Source: Geosiphon pyriformis uo1 (Eukaryota; Fungi; Glomeromycota). From it: 64,000 nt of DNA. Of this stretch, positions 28,250 to 42,100 are shown one piece after another. The number at the start of each line of letters is the position of its first letter. The first letter of the stretch is position 1. The stretch covers positions 2,023,870-2,087,869 of the forward strand of contig JAAOMT010000664.1 in the NCBI GenBank assembly GCA_016748015.1, in the 5' to 3' direction. The notes under the pieces are model-generated. The model did no database searches and was not told where the DNA came from. It was given only the letters and a program-made list of their open reading frames with translations. Position numbers and translations under genes: made by a program.

Positions 28250-31200
28250 TTTTTTAGGTTTTTTTAATTTCAATATAAATAAAAATGATGAATTTTTTTT
28301 ATCTTTTTTTAATATTTTTTTAAACAAAAAATAAATTAATCTTAAAATTACAAAAATTCAGATAAAAGTTCTTATTAAAAATCTTTTGTTTTAAATATTA
28401 ATTTCTTATCAATTAAAAAAAATTGGCTATAGTAAAAATACAGATTATTAGAAAAAAAATTTCAAAAGTAAATGGTTTTAAAGAAGCTTCTATTTTCTCC
28501 AAGTTTGAAAAAATTATCAAATTTATGTTTATTTTTGAAAAAAACATAAAAAAGTTATGTTATTGGCTAGTAAAAAATAATATAATAATAAACAATAATC
28601 TTAAAAAACAAGAGTTTTGCTTAAATTGAACTGTAATTATAAAAAAAATTCTCATAAATACATCTAAAAATATGATTATCATTACATTAATTAAGTATAA
28701 TCAAATAGAGTTAATCTAATTATAACTGATTAAACTATAACAAAAAACTGTAGTAAAATTTGTTAAATCAAGTCAAGTTGATTTTCTGATATTTAAATAG
28801 TTATTTTTAATCAGAAAAAACTTAATACATATAACTAAAGCTATAAATAATCATAATGTTTAGATGTCAAAAAACCAATTTAGAGTGCTTTTGTTTATTT
28901 TGCCTATAGAAACAACTGCACATAATTTTGGTACTTTAGTAAAAAAGCTGGTAGAAAAACTTGTGTAATTAATTGTTTTTTTATTATTAATAATAAGATT
29001 TAAAATGTTGTAGTTGGTTTTATATTAAAAAAATTTAAATTCAGCTTTTTGTATAGTTTCAATTTTCAGTAATATAAAACTCTTTTGTACTAAGTTGAAT
29101 TTGGTTTACTGTAAAAAATATGAATATTTTGAACATTTTCTTCTTAAATAAAATGTTAATGATACTATTATTCTTGTTTTGTAAAAAATTTGTTTTATAT
29201 AAAAATTGTTTTCAGCTAGCTTGTTTTTATGTCAAAAAAAGAGTGCTTATTTTATAATTTGCAGCTTTTGAAGACAAATTATGAATGCAAATTATTTCTT
29301 TATTTTCTGTTTTAGTTATTACTTATAATAATTTTTGGCCTGGCAAACTATTTTTTAATATCTTTTTTATTAATGGTTTTCTTTTATCATATTTGGTTTT
29401 TTTGTTAATGTCTGTTTAGTGTCTTTAGAAAATTTTTGGAGCTTTGACTAATTAGATGTTTGGTATTTTTTATAAGTTGGATGTTTTGGATTTAAGTTCT
29501 TATATTTCTGCTGTTTTCATTTTTTTTTGGTGAAAACTTTAAATTTTGATACAGAATTAGACTTAGATATAGTAATAAATAATTTATACAGAGGGTGTCC
29601 AAAAGTTTCCGAACAAGATTTTATTTAACAATAATATTTATTTTTTTATAAAATAAAACAAAATAAACAACATATTTATAATTTTATAGTAATTTTCTAA
29701 ATTTTTACATTAAGTGTTACTAAACTTTTAAGTCGGCGATATTTTTGGTGAGTAAATAAACGTGGACGTTCTGAACGAGGTCTTGAATCAATTGAACCAG
29801 TTTCTTTAAATCGTTTTATTGTATCCGAAACTGTTGTCAAGCTGCAATTGACTATGTTGGCAATATCACGATATTTCTTGCCATGCTGTTGTAATAAGCA
29901 TATAGTATTACGTTGAGCAATCGTTAATAAAAACGACGAAAAAATCTTATATGCGCGTTACATTTCATTTTTATAAAAAAACGAGTATGAATAAAATCGA
30001 TAATGCGCGTCGCGAAAAAACATTATACACGCGTGTTTAAAAAATAAAAAACGCGTAATTAAATAATTAACTAACTTAATTTAGTAATAAACTCGTGCTT
30101 TTCTAATTATTCAAGCATGTGGAATGTTACTCCAAAGTTTGTTCGGAAACTTTTGGACACCCTCTGTATGTGCTGCTTTCTCTCTTTGCAATAAGTATTT
30201 CGAGTTTTTTAATATTGGAATTAAGTAGTTCAAAAATTTTACTGCTAAAGTAAAGAACATAAAATTAAAGATGATTGTTCTGAATGTTTTAATTGGTTTT
30301 GTTTTAAAAAAATTAAATTAGCTGTATATTAGCTTAGATTTGTTGTTGTATTCTATTTTTCAATAAGTGAGTTAGTATGAAAAATAGTTATTTGTAATGT
30401 TAAAGACATGAATAATTTGGTTAAACAAAAAAACATTGTTTCTTAACATATAAATTTTAGTAATATGATTTTAATTGTTACAAAAACGAAATTAAGATCT
30501 AATATTAGACCATAAATTGTGAAAAAATTTGATAGAATTTAGATTTTTATGTTTGATTTGGATAAAAATTTTTGGTACTAGTTTAACTGTTATAATAAAT
30601 AGTTTTTTGGCTTGATATGTTTTAAAAGTAAAAGAGATTCCAGACTAGATTATCTTAATTTGGCTTTTGTTTAAAAGTAAGTTTTCAATTATAATATTGG
30701 GTTTGTATGTTAATGTTTTTGTTAGAATTAAATTTAATTAAGCTTCAGAAATCAATTTTTTTATTATTAAGACAGTTAATTCTAGCTTTTTTATAATTTT
30801 TGGTAAAGATTTTAATAAAATAAATCAGATAAAAGTATAAGTTTCAAATTTTATTTGGGTTTAAATTTGGTTAATTTTTTCAATAAATATTTATTAATTA
30901 GAGCTTCTACTTAAAACAACTTTAAAAAAGTTGAAAAGATTATTAACTATATTTTTGTAAGTAGAAGTTTGTTATTTGTAATTATATATTATAAAATTGA
31001 TTCTGTATCTGATTTTTTTAATATTAATCATAAGATAGTTTCGATTTTGGTTTGTTTAAAAAGTTTTTTGAATATTTATTTAAATAGTATTTACAAGCAG
31101 ACTAATAAAAATTATTGAAAGTTTAATATAAAAAATATAAACAAAACCAAATAGACAAAATTTGATGACTGTTTTTTTGCTAAGCTTTCAATATTTCTAG

Positions 31201-32726
31201 ATGAATTTGTAAAGACAAAAAATTCTGGCAATTTGGATTTTATGTAAAAAATATTGAAAAGAATAGTAATAGATTTAGCTAATAAGATTTTTTTAGACAT
31301 TAGTTTAATAAATTTAATTATTTGAGAAACAAACAATCTTTTAAATTTTTTAAGTTGAAATTACTAATAACTAAACTTGTAAAAAATTTGGCTTTAGATA
31401 ATAAGTCTGAATTTATTTATTTTTTTGAAACTTGGTTATTTATTAATGATAAAAATGCCTTTGTAATTAGCAAGTTGGTTTAAAATAATATTAAATTGCT
31501 AAATATTATCAAATATTTGTTAATAATCAAAAAAATATAAAAATTCAAATATTATAAATTAAAAACAACACAGGATGCATTTATTAGAAAAGCAATTAAG
31601 AAACATGAAAAATTTTTGTTTTAATAAAAAACACATAATAAAAAACATTTTAAAATGGGTTTTTTACAAAATTATTTTAGATTACTTGGTAATTGAAAAG
31701 GAGTTGGTTTTAAAGCCAAACAAAATAAGAGTTAAAATTAATAAAATCATAAAAGATTAAACAAAAAAATAAGTTGTGTTTTCAATATTGCCTAATTTGT
31801 AGTCTTGCCAATATATATTTTTAAATTATGTAAATAATAATGCTTTTTTTAAAGTTATAAAAAAATTAGCATAAAAGATTTGATTTTGGTTATTAATAAT
31901 TTACTTAATAACAAAGTTACTAATTTGTTTAATATATTTAGTAAACTTTGAAAATATTGTAACAACTTAGTATTAAAGTGCTTCTTGAATTTGTTAAATT
32001 TTTTTTTAACTCTGAATAATATTCTGACTCCTTAAAAAAAAGCATAAGTTTTAATAATTTCTAAGCTTTACATATAAAATAACATTTTAATAAATATATA
32101 GCTTATTGTTCTAATTGAAACAGTTAAAAAAATTTTGTTTAAACTTTTATTAAATCAGATTTTAAGTGTTTGTAACAAGATTAATATTTTCTATAAAGAT
32201 AATTTTTTAATTTTAAAGAATACATTGACCCAATTTCTTATGTTTGCTATTGGCACAGTAGTTAAAAATACTCTAAAAAAACAAAAAACTTTAATTGGTT
32301 CTTTAAGATATGTATAAAATTTATAATGAGTTTGTGCATTCTTTCTGTCTTGTTTTTAAGAATGATATCTGGTTGGTTTATGCTAAACATTGTGCTTATA
32401 TAAAAAAAAATGTCCTGATTTTGTTAGATAGATTAGCTTTTATTTTGATTTTTGGTTTGGCTTCAAGATTATTGGCTGGTGTGGTTAAGTTGTTTGGCAT
32501 TGCTGAAGCATTTGGTATTTATTTTGGCTTTTGTAAATCTTGTTTATTTTTTTTAGATATTAGTGATTATGTTTTGGTTTATATAGTTGAATAGTATTGT
32601 CTTAATTAGTCTAAGTAACTGGTTGCATGTAGAAAGTGGATGATTCATACCTAGTTTAGATCATTTTTTTGATGTATAGTTTTAGACAGTGTTTGGACCT
32701 CACTTATAAAGTGTAAAAAAAAAAAA
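28250..32726 (+). mobile_element. Heavily decayed LINE, copy C (ORF1, APE, start of RT) joined at ~32325 to a LINE 3' end with poly(A)
   Basis: RKKISKVNGFKEASIFSKF (ORF1); ORF1/ORF2 junction at 30361; KDNFLILKNTLTQFLMFAIG (RT start) then a jump to EFVHSFCLVFKNDIW..; 3'UTR and A-tail at 32715-32726. The 5' boundary is approximate. Confidence 0.85.
29589..30166 (-). mobile_element. Non-autonomous Tc1/mariner element (578 bp, internally deleted)
   Basis: Perfect 28-bp TIRs CAGAGGGTGTCCAAAAGTTTCCGAACAA (29589-29616 / 30139-30166); TA duplicated on both sides. Minus-strand frame ~29930-29697 gives a paired-like HTH: LTIAQRNTICLLQQHGKKYRDIANIVNCSLTTVSDTIKRFKETGSIDSRPRSERPR (GRPR-like). No DDE domain. 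Confidence 0.95.
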
Positions 32727-33043
32727 TATTATGCATATATGTTAATAATTTATGATTATTTTAAAACTATTACTTTTAAAAAACTATTAATTAAATTAAA
32801 AAAAAACCTATCTTAAAAACTTATTAAGTTTTTTAAATTAACAATATCAAAACTAACTTGTTATTATTGTCTAATTTCAAAAAAAAAAAATAGAATTTCA
32901 ATTCAATATTTTTATATATATTTTATTAAACCAAAAAAATTTAACTTTTAATATTTAAATAATTAATATTTTCAAAAATTCAAGATATTAATAACCAAAA
33001 CTTATTTGTATTAATTATAAAAAAAACTTTTGTTTATAAGAAC

Positions 33044-33420
33044 TGTTATAATAACAATAAAAAATATCAAACTGTTACTAAGTTCTATTGTTAATTATAT
33101 ATTATTACTAATAAAAAAAATATAAGAAAATAATAATGTAAATAACCAATAATAAAATAAAAAATTATTAGAACACATAATATTAGGAATTTTAAAAATA
33201 CTAATAAAAATTTTAAGAATTATAAAAATGCCAAAAATTACAGAAAGATTAATAAAAATATCAAAAATATCAAAAATATCAAAAATATTAAGAATTCTAA
33301 TAATAATTTAAAGAAATTATAAAAATTTCAAGAATTTTATATTATAAAAATTTATTTATATATAGCAAAAATAGTAAAAATCAAAAAAATATTAATTTAT
33401 CAATTAATTATTTAAGCAAG
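33044..33420 (+). repeat. Decayed LTR-like relic related to 3683-4000
   Basis: AAAGAAATTATAAAAATTTCAAGAATTTTAT..TATATATAGCA..ATAGTAAAAATCAAAAAAATATT matches the reverse complement of 3700-3790; 9-bp repeats AAAAATATC. Extent uncertain. Confidence 0.4.
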
Positions 33421-34089
33421 ACAACAAATAAAATTACTTTAAAATTAGTTTAATCATTTTTATTTCTATTAACAACTATAAATTAATCAAATTATTTAAT
33501 AAAAAAACCTTTTATTATATTTATTACTTAATAAATTCAAGCTCATTGTATTAAAACTTATATTATTATAATATTAATATTACTGTTATTCATAACAATC
33601 ACTTATAATATTGAAACAATAGCTCTTAATTATGATTATTAATAGAATATTAATTATTACTTTATTATTTTGTTAATTGTATTTATTTTGAGTTACTAAT
33701 TACTTATAAAAAAAACATTGAAATTACAATATCAAAAATTGTCTAATAAAAAATTAAAAAAAAACATAGACATAATTAAAAAACTAAAATTGTTTACTAA
33801 AAAAGTGCAAACACTAGAATAAACTAATTACTAAACCAAAAAAATTATTAAGTTTAATATTAATTATTATTAAGTAAATCTCTGTCTATTATACAAAAAA
33901 TTCTAATTTAAAATTTTCAAAATACATTATAGCAAATTTAAACACTAAATTATAAAAATCATTAATATTTATTTAAAAAAAACTATTTATAATAGCATTT
34001 TAAAATAATTTGACAGATTTAAACAATAAAAAAATAAAATACTTGTAATAAAATTTTTTTTAATAAGAAACTGTAAAATAATATATATA

Positions 34090-34480
34090 TTTTTTTTAAA
34101 CATTTAACAAGTAAAGTCCAAATACTGTCTAGTATAATACATTATACAAATAATCTAAACTAAATGTGAATCATGTATTTTCTACATGTAACCAGCCACT
34201 CAGACTAATCAAAACAACACTAAACACCTATATAAACAGAGATTGCATCCTCTATACCTAAGAAAAACAAACAAAATTTATGAAATCCGAAACTCACACC
34301 CATTATCTCAGCTATATCCAATAATTTAACTATGCTGGCTGAAAGCATTAAAGGAAAAACCAATACTAGAACAAATATAGAACCATCACATAAAATCAGA
34401 CTATTTCTTTCCATAAAAGCACAGTGTTTGGTACACACCAATCAAATATCCTCTCAGAATGCAAGACAGAATTTGCAATA
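34090..34480 (-). mobile_element. Short 5'-truncated LINE 3' end (copy D)
   Basis: ORF 34220-34441 matches the ORF2 C-terminus; its 3'UTR is highly similar to 21510-21622. Confidence 0.9.
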
Positions 34481-34859
34481 ATATCTTAGAAAAAAAATGT
34501 GTAATTAATTATGTTAATATATAATTCTTATAAATAATTAAGCTTATAAAAAAATTTTAATATATATAGCTTAAAATTATATTTTGTTATATCTAAATAA
34601 TTGTTTATATAATGAAAATAAAATTTGGTAAATAATAATTATAAATAAAACAGTATTATAATTAAAAAACTTTAATTTACTAATATTTTAATTTATTTTT
34701 TGTATTTTAAATAAGATTTAAATTTTTTTTTAAAACATAATATTAAATTAGTTTTTATTAAAAACAAATATTAATAATATTATAATTTTTTTGTTTTATA
34801 AACTTTTTTATAAACTTTTTTTTATATATATTATAAAATAAATTTATACAATTTTTATT

Positions 34860-36130
34860 ATTATTTAATTTTAATGAGTAAAACTTAACTATTATTTAGT
34901 ATATAAAACTAAACTAAGTAATTTATATTAAACATAACTTATGCTTTTAGTATATGTAACTAACTACTTAAATCAGACAAAATATTATTATAAACTTATA
35001 TAAATTAAGATCTTACTCTTTAAATTAAAGAAAAAAAACACAGACTTTATTTACTAAAACTAATAATAAAAGACTTAATAATTTTTAACAAACAGATTAT
35101 ATTATTTAAAAATCTATTTACCAATATATATAATAAACCAAATACATTACTTTTATTTCTAACTAGACTAAATTTTTCTATATTAACTTTATACTTAAAT
35201 TTAAAAAGCCAAATTTTTAAATAATACAACTCTACTAAATATCTTATTAATTTTAAAATAATTAAGACATTTTCCTATTATTAAAAACCACAACAATTTT
35301 TAAAAACTATTTTTTCAACATAAAACTTTTACAAATTACAATATACAAATTCATATCTTATAAACACAAAAAAAATTCACAAGACAATTAAAAAAAAAGA
35401 GTGTTAGTATCTAATAATAATCTTTAGAGTTTAAATAACTTAGAAAAATTTTTTCAATAAACATTAGCATTTTAAAAACAAATAAACACATAATTTAGTA
35501 GTTTTATTTTATTATACAATAAGTATAAGGCACTTAAATAAGTTTTGTTATATAATTTTTTTCTAATTATAACTAGCAGTTTTTTGTATACAGCTTTCAT
35601 TAAATAAGTATACAAATTGGCTAACTTTCTACTAGTAAATCTAGATAATATATGCAAATCTAAATGTCATTTTTACATAGTCAATATTTAATTTATATTC
35701 TGTAATATTGAATTAAGAAATATATTTTGACTAAAGCCAGTTTTTTATTAAACACAAAAAATAAATCTGTATAAATTACAAACAAAATAACAAGTATTGC
35801 CAGATATAATTGTGTTTTTAATTATAATAAAATGTTTATATAGTTTACATAACAGAGAAAAAAAGATTAAATGGCTTTATTTATTAGCAAATTAGTTTTG
35901 TTATTATCTAAAATTTCTAAATAACTTTTGATTTTTAATCTTAATCAAAAAATTTTTGTTTCTTATCAAATTAGCAATATGTTTTTTTTCTATTTAACAA
36001 TTATTATAAAAGTTTAAAACAATAGCAACAGATTCTAAAACACAAATATTAACAATTATCTGGCTATTAAAATACATAACTATTGTATAAAAAGCCAAAA
36101 CACAATTTAATAACAAAGCAACAACTTATA
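34860..36130 (-). mobile_element. Decayed LINE 3' fragment (copy E)
   Basis: MHILSRFTSRKLANLYTYLMKAVYKKLLVIIRKKLYNKTYLSAL (cf. copy F MHMAAGFTSRPSTNTHTYFMKALHHQLPVAVQKHLYNRLYPSVL); decayed RNase H end and 3'UTR. Confidence 0.8.
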
Positions 36131-36138
36131 ATTTAATT

Positions 36139-39100
36139 TTTTTTTATTTGCTTTATGAATAAGATCCAAACACTACTTAACACTATACATCAAAGAAATA
36201 ATCTAAACTAGGCATAAATCATGCACTTTTTACACATAACCAGCCACTTGGGCTGATCAGAACAACACTATGCAGCTATGTGAACTGAAACTGAGTCACT
36301 TACACCTGAAAAAAATAAACAAAACTTTCAAAAACCAAAACAAACACTAAAGGCATCAGTAATGCCAAGCAATTTGACCACCCAAGCCAATAATCCTAAG
36401 GCCAAACCAGAAACTGAGATGAGAACTGAGCTATCAAGTGAAATCAACTCATATTTTTCCATATAAGCACAATGTTTAGCATGAACTGACCAGATATCAT
36501 TTCTAAAAGCAAGGCTAAGAGAGTGCTCAAATTTAACAATCTCCAAGCCAGCAACTTTGGGGTCATGAAAGACAGCAACCACCTTATAAAACCAACCATT
36601 AAAAACAAAATCCTTATAAAGAGCCATGGACAAAGATAAGTCAGAAGTACAAGATGACAAAAATTGCAATATGTCCAAAGAAGAATGAGTGAGACCAGAA
36701 ACTGCCTTCCAGGAATCCACATGAGATTCCAGCAACTGATGTCGAACAAAATCATCAATTCTACAAGAAAACACATGATCTGATGCCTCTACATTACCAC
36801 AATATAAGCACAATACACTTGGGTATAGTCTATTATAAAGATGCTTCTGAACAGCAACTGGCAGCTGGTGGTGCAAAGCTTTCATAAAATAAGTATGTGT
36901 ATTAGTTGAGGGTCTGCTGGTAAAACCAGCAGCCATGTGCAAGTTAGGATGTCATACCAAAGACAAACAGAACCAATCAACCTCAGAAAGCAAACTGCTT
37001 GCCAAAAACTTGGAATTAGAGCCAACCTCTCAGCACACACAACAAACTGAGCAATAAATATCATGAACAAAATATCTGGAATTGCCAGAAACAACACTAC
37101 CATCAGCCAACATAAAGTGTTCATCCAAGTGAGGAGGAAGATATTAATTAGAGAGAAAAGCATTACTGGCTATTATGTCTATATGCTCATTTCTTAAAAC
37201 ACCAAAATGACTTTTAACTTTATGCCAACTGACTCTTAAATTCTTACTGTGAATAACATTGACAATATAACAATGTTCAATCTAACACTGATTACGAAAG
37301 TCAGAACACGTCAGACCCAATTCTGACCTACAAGCATCCAGAGCAGATTGACTATCTGAGAACAATTTAACAAAGCTTAGTGAGAGGACACACTCCAGGA
37401 CTAGTGCAATAGCCTGCAATTCCACTAAAGTTGATAACATCAAACCTGATACACCAATACCCAAACTCACATCAATGTCTTTGAAAAAAGTGGCAGTACT
37501 AGCTTTACATTCGACTGTGTCCAAATTACTAAGGGACCTATCAGTGTACACCAACAAACTGTCAATATGAACTTGTGAGAGACAATCACAGATAGAAGCA
37601 AAATCACAAGATTCAAGAATGTTCAAAGAACCAACACTAATCAAAACTGAGGGATGAGTAAGAGAAAAACTTCTAACATTAAGAAACACAACAGAGAGCT
37701 TGAACTACTTAGGAACAGAGCCACAGAGGTCTAATCTCTTCCAATGCTTGAAAGTGTGCCAATCAAAGACAGAGCCATAACAATCACAAAGTTGATCCAC
37801 AAAGACAATACCATACTGCTGGAGAGAAGGAGAGAACTGAAGAAATTGGAATTTGCCCAGAACATTTAACATAAGGACCCTACCACGAAACCGAAAGAAA
37901 TTGGCCAAAGAGCCATCCAAGAACAAATTGCAATCAAGAAGAATGTGAATCATGCCCGCCAGAAAATTATTGGAAGCACTGACATGAATATGAATGGAAG
38001 AGCTCAATGGATAAACAGGATGCCAGCACAGAACTTGCAAGTTATGGAATCTGTAAGAGAATAAATAACCCAGGATATCATCAGAGTTTGCAAAACTAAT
38101 TAGAGAGGCCACCTTGTCTTCAGACTAGACTTGAAAGAAAGTCTTTAAACCATAAAAGGAGAGGTAATAAATTGTATTATTAGGAAAATCAAGTGGCAAG
38201 CCAGATTTAAGCTTTAAGGCTTTTTAAACCATAGCATCCCACTTGTTATACACACCAACAGAAACAAAACTGAATTGTGTCTTGTAACTGACTATAAGAT
38301 GGAGAACTGCTAAAACTAAATACAAAAGCTGCTTATCCAAGATAGCCTTTTTTAGAACCAAATTGGTGAAAAAACAAACATCCGAATTTGTTTTAGCCAT
38401 ACTAGGCTTTGAGAGACTCTCAATTGAGAGGAAAATACCTAAATACCAATGAGAATCACCCTTTTTTGCAATAGAGATCAGTAATCCACTAATGAAAAGA
38501 GAAGGATCATTGGTCCTGCTATTGATGGGAATTGCCACTGTCTTGTCATTATTAATAGAAATGTTATTGATTTGAAAAAATTCACCAGCAACATTAAGAA
38601 TGTGTTGGGTAGCCTTCTGACTGCTACCAACCCAAATTGTATCATCAATAAAGACATCAGCAGCAAAAAAAGAAGAAAGCCCAGCCTGAGACTTAGCATA
38701 ACCACTTTTGGAAATAAAATGAGAATTCAATTTATACCCATATATACTCTCCTAATGCTTGACTTCACACAATAAAAGGTCATAAAATATGCACCACAGA
38801 AGAGAAGAAAACATTTCTTCTTGGTTTAGACTATTATGCACATGATAACCACCTGTCAAACCAAAATCTGTCATAATCCTGTTGGTGCAATCTCTATGAA
38901 TACCACCAAAGAAACGAATGAACTTGCTGCACATTTTGATCCTAACCAAACTTTTCTCAAGATGTTTCCAGTCAACTGAATTGTATGTCTTTTACATATC
39001 TTGCAAAACCAGCCAAAGCTCTCAGTCCTTTTCCAAAGCATCCTCAATAACCAAACCAATAGCAAAAATGGGAGACTGAGTTAACATACCCTTCAAAACT

Positions 39101-42100
39101 GAAAAATTGTCCCCATAAAAAACATCAAAAGTGCTGTAAGCCAAAGAAATCCTGTTAGATAGTATCTTAGAAAGAATTTTACAAGCTGTCTTGATTAAAG
39201 CAATAGAATGAATATTTGTTAGAACACCCTCCCACTCATATGGTTTGGGAATTATTAATACCCAAGCTTCCTTCCAAGAACTGAACACAGATTCATTAGA
39301 CAAACAGGAATTTAAAAACACCAAAAGCATATCCAAAACTGACTTATCACAATGTTTTCAAAGCTCATTCAACACACCTAAGAGACCAATAGCTTTGCCA
39401 TTAGGTAAATCAGAAACTACATTAGCCAACTCATCAAATTCAATCAAAACTTCAGAAAAAGTCTCATTAAAAACATACTCCAATGGTCAATATTGGCAGT
39501 GCTATTCACTAGAAATATCATCCACCACTTCGCACTTCCTAGTCCAACTTTCCATAATCACATTCATCTTAGCCTTAACCAAATCAGGTTCCAAAATCAG
39601 ATTGTTATTAACCACCAGATGATTAAGTGCCACTTTGTGAAAGGAACATTCCAGCACACTCCTGATTGTATGACTCTTATTAATCTCAAAGCTTTTCATC
39701 CTTCTATCTATAGCTGATCTGATGTTTGCCTTCTTAGCCCTTAGAGATTCAGCAAGCTTGGCGGCATGATAAAACTTTCTAGCACCAAAGAGAGCAGAAC
39801 GGACATGATCAAATCCAGTGCCAGAGTTTACAATATCCTGAATAACTGAAGCCTTAACATTGTCCAAAAAAATTCAGTATTTCATAAGAGAATCAAAATC
39901 CACAATAATTTTTTCACGAGAGACCCTAACAATCTTAGAAACCAAAAGCTCTAACCTGTGAAACCTCGAAGATTTTTTGGTAAAAACATTATCAAAGCCT
40001 TTGAACCACTTCTTCTTAAACACCTTATTAACTGACAGAATCATTATTTTGCAAATGGCATTTCATATTGCATTCAGGTGTAAAAATCTTACAGAGGTAG
40101 TAAACACATTTGAGAACATTGCAGCATTGGCTGATGTAGCACCTTTGAAATTGTTCTATTTATTCTCATCAGCATCTTTGAATTCAAACTTCTACTGATC
40201 CTTATTTACTTGCTTTTCAAGAGAATTCAACTGCTCGTCCAAAAATCCACCCAAACTCACAGACATAAAAACAGCCTGATGGTCAGTATCAAAAAATTCA
40301 CCAACATCAGACACTTCGCAATCCACCACAGCATTGACCAAGTTCAAAAAAATGAACAAGAAATCAATAGTCTTAGCCATGCCCCAAGAGTTAGCCCATG
40401 TGGACTTTTTAACATAAGAACTTCCACCCAAAGAATTAACCAAACCAAGATCCAGACATTTTTTGAAACTAGTACTTCTTTGGAAGTCATTTTCATTGAA
40501 GTCACCACCTAAAACCACAAAAGAAGATTTATTGACCATTTTAGCTATCATAAAATTGATATCATTAGACTGAGAAAAACAAACAGCCAGGAATGCCCCA
40601 GCATAAAGCCCCAAAATTGACACAGAAAGTTTATTTTTGAATAACAGCTTGACTGAAAGAAGCCAACCAGACATCTCAGAAACCTTATTAACATGACAAG
40701 CTAGAGAAGTGTTCATAATAATCACAATTCTAACACCAAAAAAGCTCTTGTCCAACCCAAATGAAAAAACTCTGATATTATTGAACTTATCCCTAATCCA
40801 AAGCCTGTTGCTAAACCTCAGCTTAGTTTCTGTAATTATTGAAACCATATTTCCAGAATTCCTATGCCAATGGATAATGTTTTCTTGCTTGGCAGGGATA
40901 TTGATACCATGAACATTACACGTCACAAATTTTCACATGAAGTCACTCATTGGGGAGCAAAAAAAATTGATGAACCCAATCTCGAGCACAAACAATCCAA
41001 TTTTTCCAAAACAGATTCAACTGACATCTCCAAAGCCACTATCTTGAATTCTAATCCACCCACTTTGATGATCAAAACTTTAGAACTACTTGAACTTAGG
41101 TCAACTACTGAACCAGCAACAACTGAAAAAAGGGGAGAAAGCAATACCATCATATTATCAAGAACTATATCCAAGTCTATATTAGCTATAACAGATGTAA
41201 TAACAACTAGAAAAGAGACATGAAAACTGGATGCCAAAGGCACCAATTTCACAAAACTCAATTTTTTCAAAATACCCGAAACCTGGTTTGCTAAAAGCTC
41301 CAAAGAGCATTCCAGAGAAGCCAATCAATCAACCAAACAAGAATCACCAAGGGAGTTAAAAACCAATGGGACAGGTTTTACACCTGAAGATAAGCTAACA
41401 CTGGAATAATTTGATGAAACCATGCAAAAAAAAGAACTACTAGCCACCTGGGCCCAAGTTTTTTCTCCAAAAGAAACTGAACAAACAATTGGTGCTTCCT
41501 TTTTTATATATATGTTTGCCAAATGAACTCAATCCTAAGGAGTTACCAACTGCTTACCACAAGCACCAAAATTCTCACTCAATGAACACCTTGTAGAGAT
41601 ATGACCAAACTGTTTGCAATGAGCACAATAAGCCAAAAAAAGGCCAGCCCAGCACAAATTCACACTCTTAAACACTAGAATAGAACCAATAGCAGCCAAT
41701 TTGGATGCTTCATTGACAAAACACACAATCGCACATCTATCATACACATATGAGCTGGAATAATGGCTGATAAAGCAGATCTTTCCACCATATGACTCCA
41801 ACAAATTAGAAAGATTATGAGCTGTTGTGCCAACTGGAAGAGTATAAAGTATTGTCTGATAACAATCTCTTTTTACCCACAATTTCTTGTCATTCACTGC
41901 CAATACAACACAAACAGAATTTTTACTCATGAGAACTGACTATTTAGAAGCAACCAAGCTAGCCACATCTGATGACTTAAATTTCACTAAAGCTTTTTGC
42001 CAAAGCCCAATCAGTTGCATCCTAATCAAAATTACTTAACCAAATTTAGAGAACACTGACTCATTTGCTGATCTGGAAAGATCCACTGGAATCTCCTTGA

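Noticed and set aside
13902-41223. Many 60-125 aa ORFs antisense or off-frame to LINE ORFs
   Set aside because: Shadows of TE coding sequence; not conserved between copies.
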